Both the position numbers and the translations under genes were made by a program. Below the pieces are notes generated by a model, which worked only from the letters and a program-made list of their open reading frames with translations, ran no database searches and was not told where the DNA came from. A stretch of 64,000 nucleotides of DNA from Azolla caroliniana (taxonomy: Eukaryota; Plantae; Polypodiophyta): contig JBHGNT010000014.1 of the NCBI GenBank assembly GCA_043228905.1, positions 8,494,001-8,558,000 of the forward strand, read 5' to 3'. The first letter of the stretch is position 1; each line of letters opens with the position of its first letter. Below, piece after piece: positions 36,511-49,406 of this stretch.

Positions 36511-39500
36511 AAAAGCCCACCACTCGACTCAGACAATCGACCGACCAAGTCGATCGAGAGAACAAGCCAACAAAACCGGTCGAAATCATAGTCGATCGAA
36601 AACGATGGGAGACTGACAACGGTCGAAGTCGAGAATGAGTTGATTAGGCGATTTCTGCACCCACTACAGAAAAGCCGGTCATTGTGTTTCCGAGTGCTGG
36701 TCAATCAAGAGGAAAGAGAGTGGTCGGCGATCCGAGTGGAATCGGGGATGATCCGACTCGAATCACTCTCCAAATGGCAACCAAGTCAATGTTGTCGACA
36801 CCCGATCGGGAGAAATCATCTCCTTAGAGGTCTCTATTATCGGAGAAGTCCTCTATAGTGCGCAAGACGCACACACGTGGTTGCTAAATACCGGTGCCAC
36901 ATTCCACGTGACCCCAAACATTGAATGGTTTTTGAACTATTCGGTCGAAGCCAACGGCACAATCCGACTCGGCAACGGGCAGGAGTGCATAATCGCAGGG
37001 ATCGGAGAGGTCCCCATTGGATTGCCGAATGGCAACACGATCACCCTGCACCAAGTTTGATACGTACCTGATTTGAAAAGGAGTCTGTTCTCCATCGGCA
37101 TGTTAGCCAAACAAAGACGGGTACCAAACGACTCTAAATGAGTCAGTATGGATGATCAATCAAGGAAATATGAGAATCGAAAGTGAGCACAAGTACAACA
37201 ACTTGGCCAGATGGTGTACCCAATGATGGTGATCAATCCAGAAGGGGCCATAAACGTAGCCGAAAAGACCGACCCGAATTTATGGCATGGCCAACTCGGC
37301 CATATGTCTCAAGCCAGACTCAATCGGGTGATGGTGGTCATCTACATCCCAAAACTTCAAGCAAAGATGGAAACAGACCTGCAGTCCGCACTCTCTTCAT
37401 TATAACAAGGTATGTCAGCCCCTAAAGCTCATGCACACAGATATATGTGGGCTGATGCCCGAAAGATCTCTAGGTGGCTCCCGGTACTTCATCGCGTTCG
37501 TCGATGATTGTACACGGAAGGTCTAGGCCTATTCAATTAGGTCGAAAGACGAAGCGCTCAAGATCTTCGCTCGATGATTAATTGAAGTGGAGAACTGTTG
37601 ACCGGCAAAGACTTACAAGCCGGATAAAGTCCAGAATGGGAAAGGGATATTTATTTTAGAACCATCTATAATTATTATATTTTGAGAAGCGAACGGACGG
37701 ACCCGGATTTGGTATGCCGATCCAGATCCGGACCGGTTGGCACCGGTTCGTACCCAGAGCCGGTGACCTATAAAAGGACCTAGTTAGATTGTAATCAATT
37801 AGCGGTTTAATAATGAAAGTGTTGTTGTTCTATATCTTGTTTAATCTTTGAAGCTTTAGTTAATTACCGTTCTATGCTTAATAGAATCTATCTTACGCGT
37901 GTATTGTGATCATTAACCACGCCGGCTAATAGCCAATTAGGAATACGTTTGTATCACGGTCTACACCACCCTTTGGTGAAGTGTCCTAGAGGGACACCCT
38001 ATGTTAGGGCTAGTCCTGCCCCAAGGAGTAATGTTCCGACAATGAAGGCAAATATACCTCCCGAGCCTTCAAGCAATACTTTTCTAACAAAGGGATTTGG
38101 CATCAAAAGATCGTTCCTTACACACCCACGCAAAATGGAGTGGCAGAACGGATCAACCAAACGATCCAAGAGAGGATGACAGAAATGCTCCAACAAGCTG
38201 GACTGAAGCCATAGTTCTGGGCCAAAGCATTGCAGACAACAGTTTACCTGATAAATCTATCGTTGTCGAAAGAAATCAGGCTCGAACTGCCACAGGCACT
38301 ATGGTCAGGCAAACAACCGACCTAAGAAAGGATTCAAATTTTCAGTTGTGAAGCTTACGCATTCATCCCCCAAGAGAAGAGGACCAAGTTGGCACCCCAT
38401 ACAATAAAATGCATATTTCTCGGTTATGGAACTGATGGGGATTTCGGCTATCGCCTATGGGACCCGGAGAATCGGAAATTGATCTGAAGTGGTGAAGTCG
38501 TCTTCAATGAAGAATCTATCCTCTTTGAGCGGAACCTGTAGAAAATAGTAAGCTAAAAGGTCTCGTTCAAAATCAACAGATACGTGATAGAAAGACCGAC
38601 CGACCCACTGGGCCGAATCGGAGATTCGACAAACAGTCAAACTTGACCAAGCCGACAATAAACCTACCGACTCTGTATCGGTAGGAGGTTCACTAGTCAA
38701 ACTCAAAGACAAAGCCATCAAAGACGAGGTCGAATCGACAAGAGTCAAAAAAGAAAAAGTCGACAAGATGTGAGTCGGAAATAGAGTCGACCCGACCGAG
38801 ACACCCAAGGCCAAAGGGGAAAACAAATCTAAGTCGGCTAAGTCTCTCCATCTCGAAGAAGGGGACATAAGTGGTTCAAAAAATGTCGGCTAGCTGACAG
38901 AGACGCTCAAAGGATCCAAATTGATCATTACGGCAGTCAAGAGATCTGGACGACATTGAAGGCCAACAGAGTTCTATCAATCGGGCCTCGACTACATCAA
39001 CTACACGAATGTAGGCGAACCAAGCACATACAAAGAAGTTATAGCCACACCCGATGTTGAAACATGGATGCAAGCCATGAGATCTGAGATGGACTCAATC
39101 AAAGAGAACAATACATGGGAGTTGGTCGAACTACTAGCAAGAAGAAAGTTGTTGCCTTGCAAATGGGTATTCCGATACAAATATGTATCCGACTTAGAGA
39201 AACCCAAGTACAAAGTTCGGCTCGTCGCGAAGGGATTTAAATAAGAACAAGGGGTCGACTACGACGAGATATTCTCTCCCGTACTCAAGATGACCACCCT
39301 TTGGCTCCTACTTGGGGTCATGACGACAGAGGACCTAGAGCTTGAGCAACTCGACATAAAAACGACATTCCTACACGGAGACTTAGAAGAGGACATTTAC
39401 ATGTCCCAACCAGTAGGCTTCTTGGAAACGGGGGAGGAAATTCAACTCGTATGATGATTGAAGAAAAACCTATATGACTTTAAACAAGCACCAAGGATGT

Positions 39501-40300
39501 GGTACCAGAAGTTCGATTCCTACATCCGACAACTCGGCTACAACTGGTTCGACTCTAACCCATGTTTATACACTTGGCAATTGGCCAACAAGTCCCAAAT
39601 TTATCTGATCCTATATGTCGACGACATGTTGATTGCAGGGAGAAATCAAGACGAAATCGAAAAGCTAAAGTGGAGCCTTCACAACATGTTCGCGATGAAG
39701 GAACTCGAACAAGCCCGACACATATTGGGCATAAGGATTGAGCGAAATCGGAAGATGAAGACTCTCTAACTCTCCCAGTCTGACTAAATCTGAAAGGTGT
39801 TGAGGTGCTTCACTATGGAGAACGCAAATCCAACATCAACTCCACTTCCGACATCGATCCGACTATTAGACAAAGACTCTCCTTCAACTGATAAGGAGAG
39901 CGCGCTCAATGGAAAGATACCCTATGCATCGGTAGTAGGAACTATCATGTACGCGATGGTGGCGACCATACCCGATCTTGCATATGTTGTACCACAGAGG
40001 CTGAGTACATAGCAACGTCGGAGGCAACGAAGGAAGCGATCTAGTTGCACCAACTTTTTGGCTACAAGCCGAATCGATCGACAAGTGCCGATCATCTATT
40101 GCGACTCACAGAGTGCAATACACCTCATCAACAACCCTGTCTATCACGCGAAGACAAAGCATATTGATAACCTAAAAGAAGCTCGAAGTCCGGAAGATCG
40201 ACACCAAGGTGAACATTGTCAATTGCCTGACGAAGCCACTCCCAAATCAACGCTTCGGAACACTGGGGACAAAGATGGGACTATGATAAGCGACTGAGCA
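36511..40300 (+). mobile_element. Heavily decayed Ty1/copia element D (gag end, PR, INT, RT, RH)
   Basis: WLLNTGATFHV, LWHGQLGHMS, YKVRLVAKGF, LILYVDDMLI, IYCDSQSAIHL..PVYHAKTKHID; many stops. Confidence 0.85.
37596..38030 (+). repeat. LTR-like insertion in copia D integrase (right boundary uncertain)
   Basis: Non-coding segment starting TGTTG with TATAAAA, lying between EVEN and SDNEGKY of the integrase. No TSD found. Confidence 0.45.
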
Positions 40301-40777
40301 AAAGAAAGCCGAACGAGGAGCAGAAGGGAAGTGGAGAACCGACCCGAACTGACTCACGAAAAGAATGAAATCGACACGTTCGAAAACACAAGGGGCTGAA
40401 GAAATAGCAGTGAGCGAGGATACCGACTAGAAAGAAAATGATCAAGAGGCGAAGTACTCGGATACAGATCAAGGATCTAGCAAGGAGCACATGAGCAGAA
40501 ACGAGCGAGCTATGAACAATCACACAAGGCCAAAATCGAGAATCGAACACAAGCTGATTTTGACAATCAGACCGATTCGAACCAAGGACGATTCGAACAC
40601 GTTGATTCAACCAACTCGAACCAGCCGAACCCTGAGGCTTGCCGAATCAGGCTAGACATCGACTTCAACTTCGCCAACTCGGCTTTATGCCGACTGACTT
40701 GTAATATAAATTTAGATTAATTTTGTGATCTAGGTTTACGGGGGAGATAACCCCAATCACTTGTACATGTAGGAAAG

Positions 40778-40972
40778 ATCTTACTAGGACCAAATGGTCG
40801 AAACAAGGAGTGCGTAGGGATAGGCACATGACGATTAGAGGGTGCTTAAGCTAAACAAGAGAAAGTATGCAACATACACTAATGAGAGAGAGAGATGTTT
40901 TTAATTCAAAGAGGGTGGTGGTCTTAGGCAAACTAGTTTCGCTCAATAGTGGAGCTCTTCAGTGCAAATACC
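40778..40972 (-). repeat. 3' pseudo-LTR of the PLE
   Basis: Reverse complement of 59152-59334; its terminal 18 nt also recur in direct orientation at 59135-59152. Confidence 0.85.
40920..40972 (-). ncRNA. Minimal type I hammerhead ribozyme
   Basis: Minus strand GGTATTTGCA-CTGAAGA-GCTC cactatt GAGC-GAAA-CTAG-TT/TGCCTAAGACC: CUGANGA and GAAA core, 4-bp stem II, palindromic stem III AAACTAGTTT, stem I GCA/TGC. Predicted cut after 40931. Confidence 0.82.
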
Positions 40973-41220
40973 ATTACAACAAGAGAAAATGATTTATAAA
41001 GGGGTGGGAAGGAAGAGGGAGTGAGAGAAAAGGAGTGGGGAGGATTTGATTTGTGTAGTAGATGAGATAGAATAGAATGTTGTGATGAGAGAGAGAGAGA
41101 GAGAGAGAAATGTGTGTAGGAAAGTGATAGGGAATGAGAGAGGGGGAATGAGTATAATGATGATGGTGAGGGGGGAGTTCTTAATGTGATGAAAAAGGGG
41201 GATTTAGGATCATATTAAGG

Positions 41221-41460
41221 GGGGGATGTGGGTGAATTATTTGAAAACTTAGTGTTAAGTGGGGGATTTGGGTGGATTGTTTGAAAATTTAGTCTTAAGT
41301 GGGGGATTTGGGTGGATTGTTTGAAAACTTAGTTTTAAGTGGGGGATTTGGGTGGATTGTTTGAAAATTTAGTCTTAAGTGGGGGATTTGGGTGGATTGT
41401 TTGAAAACTTAGTTTTAAGTGGGGGATTTTGGTGGATTTTTTGAAAACTTAGTCTTAACT
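41221..41460. repeat. 40-bp tandem repeat x6 overlapping the PLE RT stop codon
   Basis: GGGGGATTTGGGTGGATTGTTTGAAAA(C/T)TTAGT(C/T)TTAAGT at 41221, 41261, 41301, 41341, 41381 and 41421. Confidence 0.95.
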
Positions 41461-43360
41461 AGGAGGGCATGTAAGGACTTAGATTTTGTCCAACATACGA
41501 AAGGGCGTGAGATGCTTGTAAGCTCGGGATCTAACATTAAGTCATTATAGAGATTTTTTAGAAAACTATGAATGCTTAGTTTTGGGGTATGTTTGGTGTA
41601 TCTAAGTTTAAAGATTGTGGGGTTAAGGGAAGTAATAGTTTTGGGTTGATATAGGAGTGTTTTTCTAAGATTAAAAGGTATTTTCTTATAGCTTTTTAGT
41701 ATAAAGGACGGAGGGTAACCACGGTTAACTAGTCTATTGAAAAAGAATTTTTTCATTTGGTAGAAACCTAATGGGATGTTTTCTCTAATGAGATATCTCT
41801 TCACTTCATTAGTGATAAAGTGTTGTTTCATATGGGAAGGATGATCCGATGAAAAAGGCAAGTATTGGTATGAATTGAGAGGTTTTTGAAAACAATTGAA
41901 TGAAAAAGATGAGTTTTCGAGGTTGATCCATATGTCTAAAAAAGGTAGTCGAAAGGGGGAAGTTTGAATAGTAAGCTTGATGGAGTTATTTGTGTGTAAA
42001 GGGTAATAGTCGAGATATTCTAAAAGTTGAGATTTGGTGCCTATCCAGACCCCAAATGCATCATCAATATAGCGGGTGAAGTAGAAGAGATGGGGGGGCG
42101 ATGGTTGTAAGTTTTCGAGATATACCTAAAAAGAGGCATGCATATACGACTGAAAAGTTGCTACCCATGGATGTACCTTTTATTTGTTGGTAAACTACGT
42201 CATCGAAAGTGAGATAGTGATATTCTAAAATAAGGGCACTAAGGGTATAGATGAGATTTGTTTTCGAAGGGGAAAAGTGGGGGGTGATTAGACTACGTAG
42301 GGCTTGGAGTCCTAGCTTAGAGGGGATACTAGGATAGAGAGATTCAATGTCAAACGTGAAGAAGAAACTATTAGATGGTGGGTGTAGGTTTTCTAGTGAT
42401 TGGATTAGTGTGTGAGAGTCTTTTAGATATTGTGGTTGGAGAAGGAGGATTGGTAGAAGTTGGTGGTGTAACCACTTCGATGTTTGTTCAAATAAGGAGT
42501 TATTATATGAACAAATGGGCCGAAAACCCATAGGTGTTTTGTGTAATTTAGGGAGGAAATAGAGGTTGGATACTTGATATCCTTTTTTGGGTTTGTGGAG
42601 GATGAAATTAGCTTCAATTAGGGAAAGTGTACCTAAGTGGTTTGTTATTATGTTATTAAGGCGATATAGTAACTCTTCCAAGGGGAAGTTGTTGACTCTC
42701 TTATAGGTGGTAGAATTCGAGAGGTGTTCTATGCCTTTGGTGTAGTATGTGTCTTTATCTAGAACACATACTCCCATATTTTTATCGGCTGGGAGGATGA
42801 TAATGTGTTTGTTGTGTTGGAGGCTTTTAAAGGCTCTAGAGAGATGGTATGGGATTCTAGTGTTTATGGGGTTGGTGTTGTGTGCTATTTGGTTAAGGAT
42901 GTGTTGGTGTTTCTCTATTATGGAGACTAGGGGTGGATATTCTATGGGTGGCATCCAACTAGGGTTAGGTAGTTTGAAGGGGTTGAGAGGAAGTGAAGGT
43001 GTATTTCTAAAAAAATGTTTTAGCTTGAGGGATCTAGAGAGGTGGGTGAATTCTTTTAGGATATTGTTGGGGGAGGGAGGTGGGGATGGTGGGATATACT
43101 TAAGGCCTAGGTTCAGCAATTGTGTTTCATTTTTAGTGAGGTTATGTTTAGAGAGGTTATGGATTTTACTATGAATTACTTGTGTACTAGTAAGAGGTTT
43201 CCAGAAGTTGGTTCTAGGTTTTTTATTTCAGGATTTGGGGTGTGGAAGGAAGGGAAGTAGTTTCTGTTTTCCCCCAAACCACATATATGTGTCTTGGGTG
43301 GAGGGGGATCTATTAAGTAGGTAGAATAAACGTTTGCTAGGGTGAACGGTGTGTCTAAAC
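41415..43360 (-). pseudogene. Penelope-like reverse transcriptase (ORF2; N-terminal piece at 56682-56727), one frameshift and one stop, no GIY-YIG domain
   Basis: NLSKHNLTKNETQLLNLGLKYIP, PADKNMG, LPKLHK..RPICS, FDIESLYPSIP, QIKGTSMGS, RYIDD (about 42060-42074), FLDI, YLPFSSDHP, NRGYP. Confidence 0.92.
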
Positions 43361-44057
43361 TGTTAGGAAACAGGTTCCTCCGGATGGGAAGTAAGAAGAC
43401 TAGTGCTGATGAGAATCTCGGCCGAGGCCGAAAACCGGATGAAGAGTACCCGGCTACGGATGACCCAGTGAGAACCGGATGAGGAAGACCCGGTGAGAAC
43501 CGGATGATGAGTACCCGGCTACAGATGACCCGGTGAGAACCGGATGATGAGTGCTCGGCAAGCGCCGGATGATGCAGGCCCGGTGAAGAGTGATCATCGG
43601 ATGAAGGGACATATTTGTAAATATGTTTCTGAGAGTCCATCGGGGCTATATTTGTAAATAGCCGAAAAGTCATATTAGTATAAATATGACTTAGGGCAAA
43701 TAGAGAAGATAGTGTTGTTGTCATTCTTGTTGGTGCAAGACTTGAGAGCGTGTAACCGTGTATAGAGAGAGAGAGAGAAAGAGACGAAGAGTTCATATCT
43801 CTATTGTAACCGCCGCTTGTGGCGAAGATAGCAAGCTCGAGGTCGTTGCCTCAGTGCTTCACTATTGTACATTCTGATATAGTGATAGTTTGCAGTCTGT
43901 GGGTTGCCGTGGTTTTTCCCTAGTTTGGGTTTTCCATGCTAACATCCTGTGTACTCCTCTCTCCATTGTGTCATGCTTTCATTTCCCGTTTTCTGTGTAT
44001 GATTCTATGCTCGATTGTGGCCGAGCGTTGCGCATAGGGAGTGTGCAGTTCCTGTCA
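43361..44057 (+). repeat. 5' LTR of copia E (contains CCGGATGA-rich subrepeats)
   Basis: TGTTAGG...CCTGTCA; matches the split 3' LTR. Confidence 0.95.
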
Positions 44058-44087
44058 ATTTGGTATCAGAGCGAAACGACACAGAAA

Positions 44088-47000
44088 ATGGACGATTCGT
44101 TGGGAGGCATGTTCAAGCTCACCGGCTCCAACTATTCGGTGTGGAAGTCGAAGATGAGGGGCATGCTCGTGGTTAAAGATCTTTGGTTGCCGGTTCAGTT
44201 CGGGGACAAGAGACCGAACAAAATCGACGCCACGATATGGGAGGTGATGCACATGAAGACAACGGCGTACATACAGTGCTTCATCGACATGAGCCTATAC
44301 AACAACTTCAATGAAGAGAGCAAGGCTCATGAGCTCTGGGAGAAGATCGGCATTATGTTTCAAAACAAAAATCTTGTTAATCAGGTTTCGGTATTCCGAA
44401 AGCTAGTAAGGCTCTGGTACCAAGATGGCTCCAGCATGGCAGAGCACGTGAATGCCTTCCAGGGGCTGATCCACCAGGCAACATCATTGGAAGTACCTCT
44501 CGCCGATGAGGTACTAGCGCTACTCCTGTTCGGTTCCCTCCCGGATAGCTGGGAGACGTTGGTTGTCACTTTGGGAAACGTCGGGCTGGAAGGGAAACGG
44601 TTATCCCTAGCAAGAGTGAAGTCGAGCTTGCTAGATGAGGAGGTGCGTCGGAAAGATAAGAATACGAGCTCCGACACCAAAGCGCTCCTTACCGAATCGG
44701 AACGCGAAAGACATACAAACCGTAGTCCCCAGAACCGGGAAAAGTCGGGGATGCGGTCAAAGTCAAGGGGGGGGCCTACTTGCTTCTATTGCGGCAAGCC
44801 GGGACACTTCCAAAAGAACTGTCGGCATTTCCGTAAAGACAAGGAAACCAACGGTACCGATTCGAAGCGGACACTGGACCGGAACGGTAAAGACCGAGAG
44901 GGGCCGAACCGGAAGGGAACAACGGCAATCGTGGCAAGTGAAGAAGAGTTGATGCTCATCACCGAGGAGAGTGAGATAAACCTTGTCGGCGACAAGATGA
45001 CCTGGGTGGTCGACTCCGGAGCGTCGTTCCACCTTACCCCGGACCGGAAATGCTTCTCATCCTACTCAACCGGTGATGACGGTTGTGTCCGGATGGGGAA
45101 TGAAGGTACATGCCGAATTGTTGGCATAGGAAACGTGTGGTTGGCAACACCAACCGGATGCAAGATGCTGCTGAAGGATGTCCGACACGTTCCAGAGGTT
45201 CGTCTGAACCTGATATCAACCGGTCGGCTAGATGATGAAGGCTACATGGGTAGCATCCAGAACGATGTTATGAAGTTCAGCAAAGGGAGCCTAATTGTGG
45301 CTCGGGCCCGGAAGGTAAACACGTTGTACCTTATGAATGCCCAGTTATGTCCGGAGGAAGTGAACGTGGCATCCGACACTGCCGGTGAGCTATGGCACAA
45401 AAGGCTGTGTCACATGAGCGAGAAGGGGATGAAGAGGCTTGCAGACAACAACCTCATTCCAGTGAAGAACGTGCACTTGGAGAAGTGCACTGACTATCTG
45501 GCCGGTAAGCAAAATCGGACCTCTTTCCGACCAAGGCCACCGATGAGACGTAATGCACCACTGGAGTTGGTGCATACTGATGTGTGTCAAGTGGACACGA
45601 AGTCACATGCAGGATCGCAGTACTTCGTAACATTCATAGATGACCATAGTCGGAAGCTGTGGGCCACACCATTGAAGACAAAGGACCAGGTGTTATCCGT
45701 CTTCAAAGAGCTCCACGCGAGAGTGGAAAGAGAAACCGGCCAGAAGCTGAAGGCAGTTCGAGCAGATAACGGAGGTGAATACCGGGGGCAGTTCGAGTAG
45801 TACTGTCGCTCGAAGGGAATCCGGCTCGAATTTACCGTGCCGAAGACGCCGGAACTAAACGGGCTAGCTGAGAGGATGAACCGGACCATAATGGAGAGGG
45901 TCCGGAGTATGCTAGCGCATGCAAAACTACCCAAGGCATTTTGGGTTCAGGCATTGTCGACATCGACGTATGTGATAAACAGATCACCCTCAATACCCTT
46001 GGACAGAGACATGCCACAGAGAGTCTGGACCGGTAAGGAAGTGTCCTACCGGCATCTGAAGGTATTCGGGCATCTTGCGTATGTGCATATAGCTAAGGAC
46101 CGGAGAGGAAAACTAGATCCGAAGACCCGGCTATGCATATTCCTCGGTTACGGTGACGATGAGTTTGGCTACCGAGTGTGGGACATGGTCAACAAGAAGG
46201 TATTCCGAAGTTGAGATATTATCTTCATGGAGGACAAGACGCTCGCCAACTGGGAGTCGGAGAAGAAGATAATGAACTCTGAGTCGACCGGTAAGGATCG
46301 ATTCTACGATGAGCAGACCCAACCGGCAAGAGACCGATTAGCACTCGAGGAACCAGCCGGTTACGGTGAGGATGCCGAACCGGCAGAAGAAGAAGTAGAG
46401 GAAGCTGGAACCGGAACCGGCCAAGACCCCAAATCGGATTCGGATGAAGATCAAATGAAGGAGCCGGTTACCGAAGCCCAAAGACGGAGATATCCTCTCA
46501 GAGAGAGAAGGGCCCCCCAAAGATTTCCGGACTCAGAGCATGTGCTGCTGACCGATGAGGGAGAGCCAGAAAGCTTCGAAGAAGCGAAGGATGACACCCA
46601 CAGCCGAAAATGGTTAAGTGCCATGCAGGATGAGATGGATTCCCTGCATGAGAACCATACGTACGAATTGGTGGAGTTGCCAAAAGGAAAGCGGGCACTC
46701 CGAAACAAGTGGGTGTACAAGTTGAAACCGGGAGATGCCGGCAACCCCCCAAGATACAAAGCCAGGATCGTGGTGAAGGGGTTCCAACAAAAGAAGGGCG
46801 TGGACTTCGACGAGATATTTGCCCCGGTAGTAAAGATGACCTCCATCCGGACGGTGCTGAGTATAGCGGCAAGCACGGACCTCGAGGTAGAGCAACTAGA
46901 CATGAAGACGGCATTCCTTCACGGCGACCTTGAAGAGGAGATCTACATGCAGCAACTGGAAGGATTCGTGGAGAAAGGGAGGAGCACCTGGTTTGCCAGT

Positions 47001-48109
47001 TGAAGAAAAGCCTCTACGGGTTGAAGTAGGCCCCGGCAATGGTACCGGAAGTTCGACTCCTTCATGACAGATCAAGGGTACCACAAGACGCAGGCCGATC
47101 ACTACGTCTTTGTGAAGAAGTTCGAAGGAGGCGACTTCCTGATACTCCTTCTATACATGGATGACATGTTGATTGTCGGACGGGACCAAGCCAAAATACA
47201 GATGCTGAAGAAGGCTCTCAACCGGACCTTCTCAATGAAAGACTTGGGTCCGGCAAGACAGATGTTGGCGAAGCAACTATGGTTGTCACAGGAGAAATAC
47301 GTGACAAAGGTGCTTCAGCGGTTCAACATGTCAGATGCAAAACCGGTTGGATCGACACTTCCAGCAAACTGTAGGTTATCCGGTAAGCAAAGCCCGAAGA
47401 CGAAAGCAGAGAAGGCGGATATGATGAAGGTTCCATATGCCTCTGTCGTCGGGAGCTTAATGTACGCAATGGTGTGTACCCGACCGGATATAGGATACGC
47501 AGTCGGAGTGGTGAGCCGGTTTATGAGCAATCCCGACAAGGAGCACTGGAACGCGGTCAAATGGATACTCCGGTACTTGAAGGGCACTTTGAATATGTGT
47601 CTCTGATTTGGCTCCGGAAAACCTCAGCTTGACGGTTTTACCGATTTGGACATGTCGGCTGATGTGGATACCAACTGGTCTACATCCGGATATGTAATGA
47701 CATATGCATGGGGAGCTGTTTCGTGGCAGTCAAGGCTATAGAAGACAGTTGCGTTGTCAACCACAACGGCGGAGTACATGGCATGGCGGTTGTGGAAGCC
47801 GGCAAGGAAATATTATGGATGAAGGACTTCATCGGAGAGCTCGGTATCCGGCAAGATGAATACCAGCTCTATTGCGACAGTCAAAGTGCCATCCACCTTG
47901 CTAAGAATGCGGCCTACCATTCCCGAACGAAGCATATCTAGCGTAGGTATCACTGGATCTAGGAAAGAGTAGATGACCAGGAGTTCGCGCTGACAAAGAT
48001 CCACACGGCCGAGAACGGGTCAGATATGCTAACCAAAGTACTGACACCTGACAAGCTGGATGCATGTCGGAAGCGGGTCGGACTAGTAAGACATCCCATG
48101 CCGGAGTGA
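44088..48109 (+). pseudogene. gag-pol: copia E gag-PR-INT-RT-RH polyprotein (stops and frameshifts)
   Basis: CFYCGKPGHFQKNC, WVVDSGASFH, LWHKRLCHMSEKG, RADNGGEY, YKARIVVKGF, LLYMDDMLI, YCDSQSAIHL. Confidence 0.93.
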
Positions 48110-48262
48110 AGGGGGAGTTTGTTAGGAAACATGTCCCTCCGGATGGGAAGTAAGAAGAACAGTGTTGATGAGAATCTCGGCCGAGGCCGAAAACCGGATG
48201 AAGAGTACCCGGCTACGGATGACTCGGTGAGAACCGGATGATGAAGACCCGGTGAGAACCGG

Positions 48263-49339
48263 TGTCGTGAAGATTTTCGGCAATAATGTGAAAATCCCAT
48301 AAAACGTACGAAATCGAGTATGAATCACATAATACAATAATTGTGAAGATAACATTTTAAATAAATTTAATATCTAAGTACAAAATGATGGAGGTTTCAA
48401 ATGCACTTTATTACACGAGAAACGAACAACTAAATGTCAAGATATGAGGGTATAAAGTTTGTGAAAGGAAAAGAGAAAATTGTGAGATATCCCACATAGG
48501 CACGACAAATACGGCTCTCATCATATATAAGGTAGAGCAAAAGATATTATCTTTGTGTCTATGTGTGGAGCATAGAGAGTTCAAGGTAACTTGAACTAAG
48601 AGTGGAGGTGGGCTAGCTACTCGTAAAGGGTTTTGGCCAACCAAAATCGGACCGGCGATGGAGCCGGTGATCCGACGGCAAAACGGCATCCGGCGGCGGC
48701 ACCGGTAACTGACGGCATCCGGCGAGGCACCGGTAACCGACGACATCCGACGAACCGACGTCCGGTGACTAGATAAATAAATATATAAATATATATATTT
48801 ACAAGGAGGGCAAGTAAAGATTCGAACCTTGCACCTCCGAGTTAGGAGTCAATTGGTTTACCATTAAGCCATGACATTTAGTTGAATTTATATTTCTATC
48901 ATTGTACTTTTACATGTAAATTCTCATACATGAGAGCTAAAATGAGTGACATGGTTATCATGCACCACATGTAATACATAAGCGCCAAATGGCAAACATG
49001 CATTTTATGCATGTCTTGTACCCTCACATGCATCCTATGCATGAGAGCATCTATAAAAGAAGGAAGGGGGAGGAGAAAAAACATGTTTTTTTTATTATGA
49101 AATTAAGAAGAAGAAATTCGTTATCAAATTGATCGTGTAACTTGTTTCTTAAATCCAAAGATAAAAGTTCAATCAATCGCTCTCAATCGTTTAATCGCAA
49201 CTCCTCTCTTTCCCAATCTATCTTAAGTACTTTCTCGCTAAAGCTTGCGCCAAAGCTTGTACCGACTTTGAATCCTTCCAGTCCAGAACCCCAGCGGTTC
49301 CGCCTCACGATCCACGCGTAGTGACGGATCTTCACGACA
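48263..49339 (+). repeat. 5' LTR of T3
   Basis: Direct repeat of 55160-56123, which is shorter owing to indels. Confidence 0.95.
48806..48875 (-). promoter_or_regulatory. tRNA-like A-box/B-box cassette, antisense, within the T3 LTR (second copy about 55590-55660)
   Basis: Minus strand TGGCTTAATGG ... GGTTCGAATC; the 3' LTR copy has a D-arm-like GCTT aatggt AAGC. Confidence 0.55.
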
Positions 49340-49347
49340 TAATAAAG

Positions 49348-49364
49348 TGGTGAACCCGATGTGA
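49348..49364 (+). promoter_or_regulatory. Primer-binding site, tRNA-Trp
   Basis: TGGTGAACCCGATGTGA matches the recalled complement of the eukaryotic tRNA-Trp 3' end. Confidence 0.8.
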
Positions 49365-49406
49365 AAGAGGCGGTAGGAAGGATCAAGTCGAGATTAATAC
49401 TTGGAG

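Noticed and set aside
48806-48875. Functional tRNA gene in the LTR
   Set aside because: No acceptor stem or canonical anticodon arm can be formed.
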